A stretch of DNA of 64,000 nucleotides from assembly GCF_947499935.1 (NCBI RefSeq), contig NZ_CANMQH010000015.1, one strand, 5' to 3'. Below, piece after piece: positions 48,131-56,660 of this stretch. Position numbers and translations under genes: made by a program. Numbering within the stretch: the stretch's first letter is position 1; the number at the start of each line of letters is the position of its first letter. Below the pieces are notes generated by a model, which had not been told where the DNA came from, searched no databases, and worked only from the letters and a program-made list of their open reading frames with translations. This DNA comes from an uncultured Algibacter sp. Lineage in GTDB: Bacteria > Bacteroidota > Bacteroidia > Flavobacteriales > Flavobacteriaceae.

Positions 48131-48401
48131 TTTTCAATGTTTTTTTAAAAATAAATTTAATAATAAAAAATGTGAAATCCTACAACGATATATCTAATCT
48201 AAACTTTTAAACAGTTTTGTTTAAGGTAAGCTTACAAAAGGGGAAGCCTACATTCGCACGAAGCTAAAGCTTATTGTTTTGCTTTTTCTTTTTTTGTCCA
48301 AAGCTAAATTCATAAGATTTAGCGACTTCTTAAATATACACAGACCTTTTGATTTATCCCTAAAGTCCGCATTAAATTTAGGTTTTGTTGTACTTAGTAT
48401 T

Positions 48402-48989
48402 TTATTTTATCCACCTCAGGTTAGAAAAGAAAACTGAGTTATTTGTTAGAGTAATATTTGTTTTACCATAATAATCAGTATCGACTTTGTCTATAATTAT
48501 AGTATCTAAAAACTTATTAGATTTCTTATGGGAAATTTTTAATTTCCCTTTCTCAGCGAAAGATATAATAGCCCACCTTATATCGTCCGTTATAAAGCGA
48601 TAAGGATGCTCATGGTCTCTAACTCTGATTAAAATTACTTCTTTTTCAATTCTCATTTTAGTTCCAAGTGTGTCAGGAATAATTACTGGATTTTCACCAT
48701 ACTTAGTTATGTATTCAATTATTTGAGGATAAATAAAATCATTAGGTTCTCCGTTATTTTCCTTTTCGCAATAATCAATTAATTCCTTCTTTTCGAAATA
48801 GAAATCAGCTAATGGAGTTTGATAAATGACACTTTCATTATGTTTAGATTTGCTAAGAGCAATAACAGATTTATTATGTTCATTACATGAGTTAGTAATG
48901 ATTATTATAAGTAATATTATACATGAAGTAAACTTGTTTTTCAGACCAAATCTCAAATGTATAATCCCAAATCTTAGATAAATCCTCAA
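48402..48989 (-). CDS. hypothetical lipoprotein occupying the place of the parE body
   Basis: Has the lipobox-like segment KNKFTSCIILLIIIITNSC. The likely start is the TTG at 48956. The first codons of the ORF overlap the parE remnant in another frame. Confidence 0.5.
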   Translation of the reverse strand: MRIYLRFGIIHLRFGLKNKFTSCIILLIIIITNSCNEHNKSVIALSKSKHNESVIYQTPLADFYFEKKELIDYCEKENNGEPNDFIYPQIIEYITKYGENPVIIPDTLGTKMRIEKEVILIRVRDHEHPYRFITDDIRWAIISFAEKGKLKISHKKSNKFLDTIIIDKVDTDYYGKTNITLTNNSVFFSNLRWIK

Positions 48990-49020
48990 CAGCTTTGTTG
49001 GTCAGTTTATATTCAGCCAT
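48892..49020 (-). pseudogene. parE: ParE-family toxin remnant (about 28 N-terminal codons retained)
   Basis: The ATG at 49020 overlaps the parD stop (ATGGCTGA). My translation is MAEYKLTNKAVEDLSKIWDYTFEIWSEKQ, a typical ParE/RelE N-terminus. It then diverges to VYFMYNITYNNHY*. Confidence 0.65.
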
Positions 49021-49264
49021 TCGAGTTCTTTTTCGCTTTCAAAGATTCCAAATGCTTTTTTGGGTCAAAATCGTGAGCAATTCCGCTGTCGATTCCTTCT
49101 TGTATTGCGTTCTTTAATGCAATGACTTTACTTTCTTCTTCTTCTAGTAGTCTAAGTCCAGCACGTATGACTTCACTAACGTTTTTAAACCTTCCTTCAC
49201 TTATTCGACTTTGAACGAATTGGTCAAAATAATTTCCGAGCGATATTGATGTGTTTTTGTTCAT
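49013..49264 (-). CDS. parD: ParD-family type II antitoxin (ribbon-helix-helix)
   Basis: Reads MNKNTSISLGNYFDQFVQSRISEGRFKNVSEVIRAGLRLLEEEE..., the ParD/COG3609 signature. The ATG at 49264 is preferred over the ORF-track start at 49294. Confidence 0.85.
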   Translation of the reverse strand: MNKNTSISLGNYFDQFVQSRISEGRFKNVSEVIRAGLRLLEEEESKVIALKNAIQEGIDSGIAHDFDPKKHLESLKAKKNSNG

Positions 49265-49282
49265 TTGAAATATATATATACT

Positions 49283-49304
49283 CAAATATACCAAAAATTG
49301 GTAT
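49283..49304 (-). promoter_or_regulatory. parD promoter -7 box (TAtaTTTG) overlapping a 7-3-7 palindrome (ATACCAA-aaa-TTGGTAT), a candidate ParD operator
   Basis: On the minus strand the region reads ...ATACCAATTTTTGGTATATTTGAG..., 18 nt upstream of the ATG. The palindrome spans 49288-49304 and the -7 box spans 49283-49290. Confidence 0.4.
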
Positions 49305-49526
49305 TAAAGCAGAATTTTGCTCAAATTGCACACATCTTGTGTATGAAACGTAGCGTGCAAAAAGACACTAGTTTTTCGGTTTAACACATAGCCGAATTTT
49401 TATATTTTGTTTTTAATTTTTATATTTTTAAAAGCCAAATTAAAAATTTGGCGGTCTTTGTAAATAATCACAACCCTTTCGGTTTTGCACTTATTAGCTA
49501 TGTTTTATACACCGTGTTGTAGTGCG

Positions 49527-49736
49527 TTATTTTTCTAATTCGTTTACTATTTTCACAAATTCTTTATAGTTTTTAGCTGTTGGATTTTCGTAATGAATAT
49601 ATCCAAGATTTGTGTCAAAATATTTTTTCATTTCAGTCAAACATAGGTCTTCGTTTTCAGCATTTAAGTTTCCATTCATATCTACATTCCTTGAAATCCC
49701 GAAAATCATTGTTCCTTCTTCGGTGTAAAAAATCAT
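49527..49736 (-). CDS. hypothetical 69-aa protein, possibly a truncated gene abutting the IS remnant
   Basis: The ORF is present, but I could not recognise any family. Its start lies immediately next to the truncated end of ISL3 copy 2. Confidence 0.3.
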   Translation of the reverse strand: MIFYTEEGTMIFGISRNVDMNGNLNAENEDLCLTEMKKYFDTNLGYIHYENPTAKNYKEFVKIVNELEK

Positions 49737-49740
49737 TTCG

Positions 49741-50725
49741 TGTTTATTTTGGCATTAAAAGATTCTGCAGAAGCATTTGTGCCTCTATTAATGAAATAGT
49801 TTAGGATTGATTAGTAATTAATGGTTATAGTCTTAGTGATACTATTGAATGCTTTGAACTCTGTTTTCTCTACATTCTTATACCAATGAGCTAGTTTGGT
49901 ATATGCTGTTTGGATTGAAGTCGCTGTATTGAATATATTTCTTAATCCTTGTACTAGGTTGTATGCTTTTTTAATATCAGGGTATTGGTTAAACAATATT
50001 TTGGATCTTATGTATTGGTTTTGAGTCCAATTGTTTGGCGCTTTATAAAGTAAATATCTACTTCTGGCTAAGAGTTGTTTTCTGGTATCTCCATTATCAA
50101 ATGTTTCTGGCTGATATTCAATTTGTTTATGCTTAGCCTGTTTAATTTGTTCATTTTCTTGATCTATAGCTTTCCAACGATGTTTAATCCTAATATCTTG
50201 CAATGCTTCTAAAGCCAGTTTTTGTACGTGGAAACAATCATTAACCTGTATGGCTTTAGGGAAGCATTTCTTAGCAATCATCTTCATTGAATTAGCCATA
50301 TCCAAGGTGATTTCTTTTACTTTATCTCTAAGTAATTTTGGGATTTTAAGTAATTGTTCTAGAATCGGCTCAACCTTAGTCCCTGCCAGAATAGCTACAA
50401 TAGCTCCTTTCTTGCCTTTAGCGCTTTTTATGGGGTTAATGGTATAAAGTTCTCCTTTAGAGAGTGCAGTTTCATCAATAGATAAACGTCTACCCATGTT
50501 TTCAGGAAAAATCAACCATTCTTTGGCGTGAGGTTTATCTTTCCACTCTTTAAACTCACTTAAGTAATCTCGATATTGACGCTATAACTTTTTTCCATTA
50601 ACCCCATAAAAATCACCAATGGTATGACAATCATTAGCTCTTGTAGTTATTAAGTGCTTTTAAAAAAGCAGCAAACTCTATGGTCATGCGAGTTCCCTGT
50701 GCTACTAAATCCCAATCCCTGCTTT
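49741..50725 (-). pseudogene. second, diverged ISL3-type transposase copy, truncated at both ends with internal stops
   Basis: The ORF at 49811-50515 is homologous to copy 1 (DCFHVQKLALEALQDIRIKHRW). Downstream it continues TITINY*SILNYFINRGTNASAESFNAKIN and then breaks off. Upstream, the ORF2 frame has a stop (GKKL*RQYRDY). The ORF1 tail RDWDLVAQGTRMTIEFAAFLKALNNYKS* ends at about 50725. Confidence 0.75.
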
Positions 50726-50775
50726 TTTTTGCAAAGATCTTATTCTATTTTTTAATTCTCACACAATTTTTGAGA

Positions 50776-50919
50776 ATGATCCAGACAGAACTCTCAGATG
50801 AGAAGCTTAAAAACAAAGTGCTCAATACCATGATAGATATTTCGGATCAGCAATACGGTACTGCTATCAGAAAAAAGTATTTGCCCAATCAATCCAACAA
50901 ATCAAACAACAAGGAGTAA
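50776..50919 (+). pseudogene. IS3 orfA remnant (C-terminal part only)
   Basis: Translates as MIQTELSDEKLKNKVLNTMIDISDQQYGTAIRKKYLPNQSNKSNNKE*. Only about 32 codons precede the frameshift heptamer, whereas a typical OrfA has roughly 90. Confidence 0.45.
50871..50877 (+). promoter_or_regulatory. A AAA AAG -1 programmed ribosomal frameshift heptamer linking orfA and orfB frames
   Basis: In the orfA frame the codons are agA AAA AAG. The -1 frame continues KKVLAQSIQQIKQQGVSLFRCCRLFGISRQAIYQ... without a stop into orfB. Confidence 0.6.
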
Positions 50920-50939
50920 GTCTATTCCGTTGTTGTAGA

Positions 50940-51761
50940 TTGTTTGGGATAAGTAGACAGGCTATTTATCAAGCAGAAAAACGTAAAATCAAACACACTA
51001 ACGAGTTAACACAGGTCAAGTCATTAATCTTAAAGATACGTCAAGAAATGCCTAGACTAGGCACGCGTAAATTATATTATTTACTTAAATATGATTTTGA
51101 TAAACAAGGTATTAAAATAGGCAGATATGCTCTATTTGACTATTTAAGAGCTGAATCAATGCTGATAAAACCAAAGAAGAGCTATACAAAGACCACCAAC
51201 TCAAAACATTGGTTAAGGAAATACCCTAACCTAATGAAGGATGCAACACCTGTGAGACCAGAGCAATATTTTGTTAGCGATATCACTTATGTAAAAAGCA
51301 GAGAAAGAACTCATTATCTGTCCTTGGTAACAGATGCCTTTAGCAGAAAAATTATGGGGTATTATTTAAGCGATGATATGAGTGCTGAAAATGTAGTCAA
51401 GGCAATGAAAATGGCTACTAAGAAAAAGATAACAGCTATAGAACTGGTACATCACTCTGATAGAGGGTTACAATATTGTTCTTCATTATATCAAATGGAA
51501 CTAGCAAAACACAATACCAAACCATCGATGACAGATGGATATGATTGTTATCAAAATGCTTTGGCAGAGCGTATCAATGGCATATTAAAAGGAGAATTTC
51601 TTATCACTAAATGTAATACGGGAAAAGAACTAAAACAGCTGATAGATGAATCAATAAAAACATATAACAACAAAAGACTGTATTTGAGCCTTAATTACAA
51701 AACACCTAACTTTATACACAACAAAAAATCCAGCGAAGCTAGCTTCGCTGGATTAATTTAA
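50940..51761 (+). CDS. IS3-family transposase OrfB (rve integrase core)
   Basis: Has the HTH-like CRLFGISRQAIYQ and the DDE context VSDITYV, HHSDRGLQY and ALAERINGILKGE. The frame is open upstream to 50811. The TTG at 50940 is the ORF-track start, and natural expression is probably by frameshift fusion. Confidence 0.8.
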   Translation: MFGISRQAIYQAEKRKIKHTNELTQVKSLILKIRQEMPRLGTRKLYYLLKYDFDKQGIKIGRYALFDYLRAESMLIKPKKSYTKTTNSKHWLRKYPNLMKDATPVRPEQYFVSDITYVKSRERTHYLSLVTDAFSRKIMGYYLSDDMSAENVVKAMKMATKKKITAIELVHHSDRGLQYCSSLYQMELAKHNTKPSMTDGYDCYQNALAERINGILKGEFLITKCNTGKELKQLIDESIKTYNNKRLYLSLNYKTPNFIHNKKSSEASFAGLI

Positions 51762-51763
51762 TA

Positions 51764-51799
51764 TTTATTAATTGTCAACCTATTTTAGGACGACTCAAT
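51764..51799 (+). repeat. 36-nt exact repeat, copy B (IS3 right end)
   Basis: Identical to 44478-44513. It starts 3 nt after the orfB stop. Confidence 0.7.
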
Positions 51800-51821
51800 A
51801 AACAATTTCTTGATTATTTTA

Positions 51822-52526
51822 TTAAGGAGTACTTCTTGTGTAATCTATAGAATGGTCAAAACCATCTATAATTAGTGTTATTGTTTCGTCTTCGTTAGCT
51901 AGGTTAGAAATATTAAAAGACGTTGTTGCTATTACCGAAGTTGGTCTTGTTCTGTTTTCTTTAATATTAAATTTTAAACGTCTTTGTACAGGAGAACTTT
52001 CTAATATTTCACCGGAGTCTATTAATGTAGTGTCATTAATATTATTTTGGGAAGAAAGTATATTAAAAGTTATTAGTAAACAGTCTCCTTCAATTTTTAC
52101 TGATGTTATGGGAGATGTCTTAAGTGCTTTATAAAGTTTTGGACTTATAATGGTTCCTTTGTCACAATTTCTAGTGGAGAATAGTAAGGTTTCATTTTTA
52201 GCTTCAGTATCAAAATCTGGACAAGAATTTAGTCCAGAAATACCTCCAAATTTACAAACTTTATTTTTTTCGCAATCATAAATAATAATGAGGTTATCAG
52301 AACAGCCTAAGCAGCTATTAATAGAAAAAACGGTTTGCACTTTATAATCATACTGTATAATTTCTAAACCGTTAGCGTTTGTGTTATTTACGAGTTCTTT
52401 TAACCATTCAATATTTTCTAGAGGGTTTTCAGAACATGTTTTAGAAGAAGGATCGCTGTCATCATCAGAATCGTTACATCCTAATAAAAAGGATATTGGT
52501 AATATAAAAAGAACAAAATACTTCAT
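51822..52526 (-). CDS. Cys-rich hypothetical lipoprotein
   Basis: MKYFVLFILPISFLLGCNDSDDD lipobox at the ATG at 52526. I could not recognise a family. Confidence 0.55.
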   Translation of the reverse strand: MKYFVLFILPISFLLGCNDSDDDSDPSSKTCSENPLENIEWLKELVNNTNANGLEIIQYDYKVQTVFSINSCLGCSDNLIIIYDCEKNKVCKFGGISGLNSCPDFDTEAKNETLLFSTRNCDKGTIISPKLYKALKTSPITSVKIEGDCLLITFNILSSQNNINDTTLIDSGEILESSPVQRRLKFNIKENRTRPTSVIATTSFNISNLANEDETITLIIDGFDHSIDYTRSTP

Positions 52527-52682
52527 AATATTTAATTTTATTGTTGATAATAGATTCAATTATTAGATGCTGTTATTAAATAAAGGTTGCGTTACAAAAA
52601 AATAAGATAGTTTATAAAGCGATTTTATATCATTTTTTATTTGATGCAACTTGTATTTGTTATATTTGAATTTAAATTAATT

Positions 52683-52703
52683 AACCTATTACAGTAATGG
52701 GTT
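52683..52703. promoter_or_regulatory. near-perfect 21-bp palindrome upstream of fabG (candidate operator or 5'-UTR hairpin)
   Basis: aACCTATTAC-a-GTAATGGGTt with one mismatch. It lies about 35-55 nt upstream of the fabG ATG and just downstream of a TAtaTTTG box at 52661-52668. Confidence 0.3.
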
Positions 52704-52737
52704 TTAATCGATATACGTTATAATTAAAAAGACTAAA

Positions 52738-53484
52738 ATGAAACTATTAGAAGGGAAAACTGCTATTATTACAGGTGCCAGTCGAGGTATAGGAAAAGGT
52801 ATAGCACAAGTATTTGCTAAAGAAGGTGCCAATGTAGCATTTACATATAGTTCTTCGGTTGAAGCAGCAAATGCATTAGAAAAAGAATTAAATACCTTGG
52901 GTGTAAAAGCTAAAGGTTATAAAAGTAATGCAGCTAGTTTTGATGAAGCCCAAAAATTAGCAGAAGACGTACTTACCGAATTTGGAGGCATAGATATATT
53001 AGTTAATAATGCAGGCATAACAAAAGATAATTTGTTAATGCGTATGGGAGAACAAGATTTCGATACGGTTATTGAAGTAAATTTAAAGTCTGTTTTTAAT
53101 ATGACTAAGGCTGTACAGCGAACCATGCTTAAGCAACGTAAAGGCTCTATTATAAATATGAGTTCTGTAGTAGGTGTAAAAGGAAATGCAGGACAAACTA
53201 ATTATGCGGCCTCAAAAGCGGGTATTATTGGGTTTTCAAAATCTGTAGCTTTAGAGTTAGGGTCTCGTAATATAAGAAGTAATGTTGTTGCTCCAGGTTT
53301 TATTGAAACCGAAATGACAGCTAAACTTGATGAAGAAGTGGTTAAAGGATGGCGCGCAGGAATCCCATTAAAACGTGGTGGCACTCCAGAAGATATTGCC
53401 AATGTTTGTGTGTTTTTAGCTAGTGATATGAGTGCTTATGTTACTGGACAAACATTAAATGTTGATGGCGGTATGTTAACTTAA
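52738..53484 (+). CDS. fabG: 3-oxoacyl-[acyl-carrier-protein] reductase
   Basis: SDR motifs TGASRGIG, NNAG and YAASKAG, at the typical FabG length of 248 aa. Confidence 0.9.
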   Translation: MKLLEGKTAIITGASRGIGKGIAQVFAKEGANVAFTYSSSVEAANALEKELNTLGVKAKGYKSNAASFDEAQKLAEDVLTEFGGIDILVNNAGITKDNLLMRMGEQDFDTVIEVNLKSVFNMTKAVQRTMLKQRKGSIINMSSVVGVKGNAGQTNYAASKAGIIGFSKSVALELGSRNIRSNVVAPGFIETEMTAKLDEEVVKGWRAGIPLKRGGTPEDIANVCVFLASDMSAYVTGQTLNVDGGMLT

Positions 53485-53517
53485 TTGTAAAACCATTTAA
53501 AGAAATTTAAAATTTTA

Positions 53518-55551
53518 ATGCGCTCAGAAACACTTTTATACATTATACTTGCTGCAATTATAGCGCTTTTATTAGCGGTGTTTCAATACATTTATAAAAA
53601 GAAAAGCATGTCTAAATTAAACATGCTTTTTGCTTTTTTAAGATTCCTTACCATTTTTTCTGTTTTATTACTTCTAATTAATCCAAGTTTTGATCAGGTT
53701 AGCCTATCTACGATTAAACCCAATTTAGTTTTGGCTGTAGATAATTCTAGTTCTATACGCCATCTTAAACAAGATAAAAAAACGACTGACTTGGTTAATC
53801 GTTTACGTAATAGCAAGGCATTAAATAATAAATTTAATGTAGAATATTACACATTTGGTCAATCTCTAAAAACTTCAGATACTATAATATTTTCCGATAA
53901 GCAAACCAATCTTTATCAAGCTTTTACGCAATTAACACAAATATATAAGCAAACAACATCGCCAACCTTACTTATAACAGATGGTAATCAAACTTATGGT
54001 AACGATTATCAATTTGTATCAAATTCTTATAATCAACCTATTTATCCTATTATTTTAGGTGATACCATTACATATACAGATTTAAAAATTGAACAACTAA
54101 ACGTAAATAAGTATGCGTATTTAAAGAATAAATTTCCTGTCGAGGTTATTTTAGTTTATAACGGAAATACAAATATCAGCTCAAAATTTGAAGTTGTTAA
54201 CGGTAAAACCACCCTATATTCTGAAACGGTTAATTTTTCAAAAATAAATAATTCTAAGATTATCAACTTTACTTTACCAGCAAACAGTGTTGGTGTAAGT
54301 CATTTAAAAGCAAGTATTCGTCCATTAGAAAGCGAAAAAAATAAAGTAAATAATTACAAAAACTTTGCTGTTGAAGTCATCAACGAAAAAACAAAAATAG
54401 CATTAGTAAGCGAGATTAAACATCCAGATATTGGCACTATTAAGAAAAGTATAGAAAGTAACGAACAGCGTTCTGTAACTATTTTAAACACAAAACAATA
54501 TTTTAGTAAAAAAAATGATTTTCAATTAGTTATACTGTATCAGCCAAATAATAAATTTAATAAAATATTTGAAGATTTAAATTCAAAAAACAAAAATAGA
54601 TTTGTTGTTGTTGGCCCAAAAACCGATTTGAATGTTATGAATAGAATTGATAAAAATTTTAGTCATGACATAACTAATCAAACAGAAAACTACCAAGCTG
54701 AATTTAATATAAATTACACACCCTATATTATTGATGATATAGATTTTGAATCATTTCCGCCCTTGGTTTCTAATTACGGCTCCGTAAAGTTTAATGTGCC
54801 TTTTGAGTCTATTTTAGAGAAAACTATTAAGGGTATTTCAATAAAAGAACCATTACTAGCTACATCTGAAGCTAATAATAGGCGAGCGGCTATTTTGTTT
54901 GGAGAAAATATATGGCGATGGCGAGCACAGAGCTACATTAATAATAAGTCGTTTAATGCTTTTGATAATTTTATTGGTAAACTTATTCAATACTTGGCAT
55001 CAAATAAGCAAAAAAGCAGACTTAATTTAGATTATGAATCCTTTTATAATGGTAGCAGTAATATTATTATTAAAGCTGAATTTTTAGATAAAAATTATGT
55101 CTTTGATACCCGAGAAACTCTAAATATTAACCTTACAGATAAGGTTTCTAAAAATCAAAAAACATTACCGCTCATACTAAAAAATAATAATTACCAAGTA
55201 GATTTAAGTAGTTTGCCTCCATCTGAATATAATTTTACCGTAAAGGCTCTTAATGGTAATATTTCAAAATCTGGAAGCTTCCAAATATTGGAATATAATG
55301 TAGAACAGCAATTTTTAAATGCGAATGTAAATAAGCTAGAACGTTTAGCAAACGAAAGTTCGGGGACTAGCTATTTTATTGATAATGTAGATGGCTTGAT
55401 TGATAATTTATTAAATGACAATAGGTACACCCCTGTACAAAAAAGCAATAAAAATACCATACCTTTGATAGATTGGAAATTCTTACTAGCTATAATAGCA
55501 TTAAGTTTAGGTATAGAATGGTTTTTAAGAAAATATAACGGATTAATATAA
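53518..55551 (+). CDS. membrane-anchored VWA-like domain protein
   Basis: Has N-terminal TM segments, a MIDAS-like DxSxS motif (LAVDNSSSI) and a C-terminal TM segment (FLLAIIALSLGIEWFL). Confidence 0.6.
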   Translation: MRSETLLYIILAAIIALLLAVFQYIYKKKSMSKLNMLFAFLRFLTIFSVLLLLINPSFDQVSLSTIKPNLVLAVDNSSSIRHLKQDKKTTDLVNRLRNSKALNNKFNVEYYTFGQSLKTSDTIIFSDKQTNLYQAFTQLTQIYKQTTSPTLLITDGNQTYGNDYQFVSNSYNQPIYPIILGDTITYTDLKIEQLNVNKYAYLKNKFPVEVILVYNGNTNISSKFEVVNGKTTLYSETVNFSKINNSKIINFTLPANSVGVSHLKASIRPLESEKNKVNNYKNFAVEVINEKTKIALVSEIKHPDIGTIKKSIESNEQRSVTILNTKQYFSKKNDFQLVILYQPNNKFNKIFEDLNSKNKNRFVVVGPKTDLNVMNRIDKNFSHDITNQTENYQAEFNINYTPYIIDDIDFESFPPLVSNYGSVKFNVPFESILEKTIKGISIKEPLLATSEANNRRAAILFGENIWRWRAQSYINNKSFNAFDNFIGKLIQYLASNKQKSRLNLDYESFYNGSSNIIIKAEFLDKNYVFDTRETLNINLTDKVSKNQKTLPLILKNNNYQVDLSSLPPSEYNFTVKALNGNISKSGSFQILEYNVEQQFLNANVNKLERLANESSGTSYFIDNVDGLIDNLLNDNRYTPVQKSNKNTIPLIDWKFLLAIIALSLGIEWFLRKYNGLI

Positions 55552-55563
55552 AATAAGTAAATC

Positions 55564-56379
55564 ATGGATAGATTACCAAAAGTGGCAATACCAATAGTTA
55601 TCATACTAGTAGTAATATTCGTTTTGTTAGCGAAGTCGACGGTTACCATTGGTTCTGGTGAAAGGGGCGTATTGTATAAGTTTACATCTGGTGTGGTAAC
55701 AGACCAACCGCCTATGGATGAAGGATTTCACATTGTAGCACCTTGGAATAAAGTTTTTATTTACAATGTGAGACAACAAGAGTTATTTGAAAGAGAAATG
55801 TCTGTATTATCTTCTAATGGATTAGAAATAAAATTAGATGCTTCTGTTTTATATGAAGCCACAACAGCTACGGTGGCCTTATTGCACCAAACAAGAGGTG
55901 AAGCATATTTACAAAGTGTTATTATACCTGCTGTAAGGTCGGCAACAAGAAGTGTTGTTGGTCGTTATACGCCAGAGCAATTGTATTCAACAAAGCGTGA
56001 TGCCATTCAAAATGAAATTTATGAAGAAACCAAGAAAATTTTAACACCTCAATATATTCAATTAAACTCAGTATTAGTGCGTGATGTTACTTTACCACCT
56101 ACAATTAAAGAAGCTATTGAACGTAAATTAAAGCAAGAACAAGAATCTTTAGAATACGAATTTAGATTAGTAACAGCAGCAAAAGAGGCCGAAAAAGTAA
56201 TTATTGAAGCTAAAGGTAAAGCCGATGCGAATAAAATACTAAGTGCGTCTTTAACAGATAAAATTCTTCAAGACAAAGGTATTGAGGCTACTGTTAAATT
56301 ATCAGAATCACCTAATAGCAAAGTAATTGTTATAGGTTCTGGCGATAGTGGAATGCCTATTATTCTTGGAAATCAATAA
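55564..56379 (+). CDS. SPFH/band-7 (prohibitin-like) membrane protein
   Basis: N-terminal TM anchor, then an SPFH core (GERGVLYKF, ...VLVRDVTLPPTIKEAIERK) and a coiled-coil tail. Confidence 0.85.
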   Translation: MDRLPKVAIPIVIILVVIFVLLAKSTVTIGSGERGVLYKFTSGVVTDQPPMDEGFHIVAPWNKVFIYNVRQQELFEREMSVLSSNGLEIKLDASVLYEATTATVALLHQTRGEAYLQSVIIPAVRSATRSVVGRYTPEQLYSTKRDAIQNEIYEETKKILTPQYIQLNSVLVRDVTLPPTIKEAIERKLKQEQESLEYEFRLVTAAKEAEKVIIEAKGKADANKILSASLTDKILQDKGIEATVKLSESPNSKVIVIGSGDSGMPIILGNQ

Positions 56380-56537
56380 TGCTATATATAAAACATAATT
56401 AATGTATTGAGATAATTAGTTTCATTTTATGAATATTTTTAGGTTAAAATAAAAAATATTTAATTGTTGTAATTATTATCAGTACAATTTGGAATTATAG
56501 ATATAAATTTCAGATATTTGCAAAAGAAAACAAAACC

Positions 56538-56594
56538 ATGCTTTTTATTCAATTACATCATCATCATTTTCAAATTTGCTTTCAAGCGAACTGA
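56538..56594 (+). CDS. his operon leader peptide (18 codons, four consecutive His codons)
   Basis: ATG CTT TTT ATT CAA TTA CAT CAT CAT CAT TTT CAA ATT TGC TTT CAA GCG AAC TGA translates as MLFIQLHHHHFQICFQAN*. It is followed by a terminator hairpin and then hisG. Confidence 0.75.
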   Translation: MLFIQLHHHHFQICFQAN

Positions 56595-56624
56595 AGATGT
56601 ATTGAATAAATTCAACATATTTTT

Positions 56625-56660
56625 AAACCCGTTTGAGACAATCAAGCGGGTTTTTATTTT
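56625..56660 (+). terminator. his attenuator terminator hairpin
   Basis: AAACCCGTTTGA-gacaa-TCAAGCGGGTTT forms a 12-bp stem with one G-U pair, followed by TTATTTT. It lies 58 nt upstream of the hisG ATG. Confidence 0.75.

Larger units (their letters stand above)
50771..51796 (+). mobile_element. IS3-family element, 5'-truncated (no left inverted repeat or full orfA found)
   Basis: It has a short orfA remnant, an A AAA AAG slippery heptamer, an orfB with the DDE triad context, and a right end finishing ...GACGACTCA. The left boundary is uncertain and could lie anywhere in 50726-50790. Confidence 0.6.

Noticed and set aside
50680-50775. N-terminal extension of the ORF 50680-50919 (MVMRVPCATKSQSLLFFAKILFYFLILTQFLR...)
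   Set aside because: This part is antisense to the ISL3 copy 2 ORF1 tail and spans the ISL3/IS3 junction. Only the part from the ATG at 50776 onward plausibly belongs to IS3 orfA.
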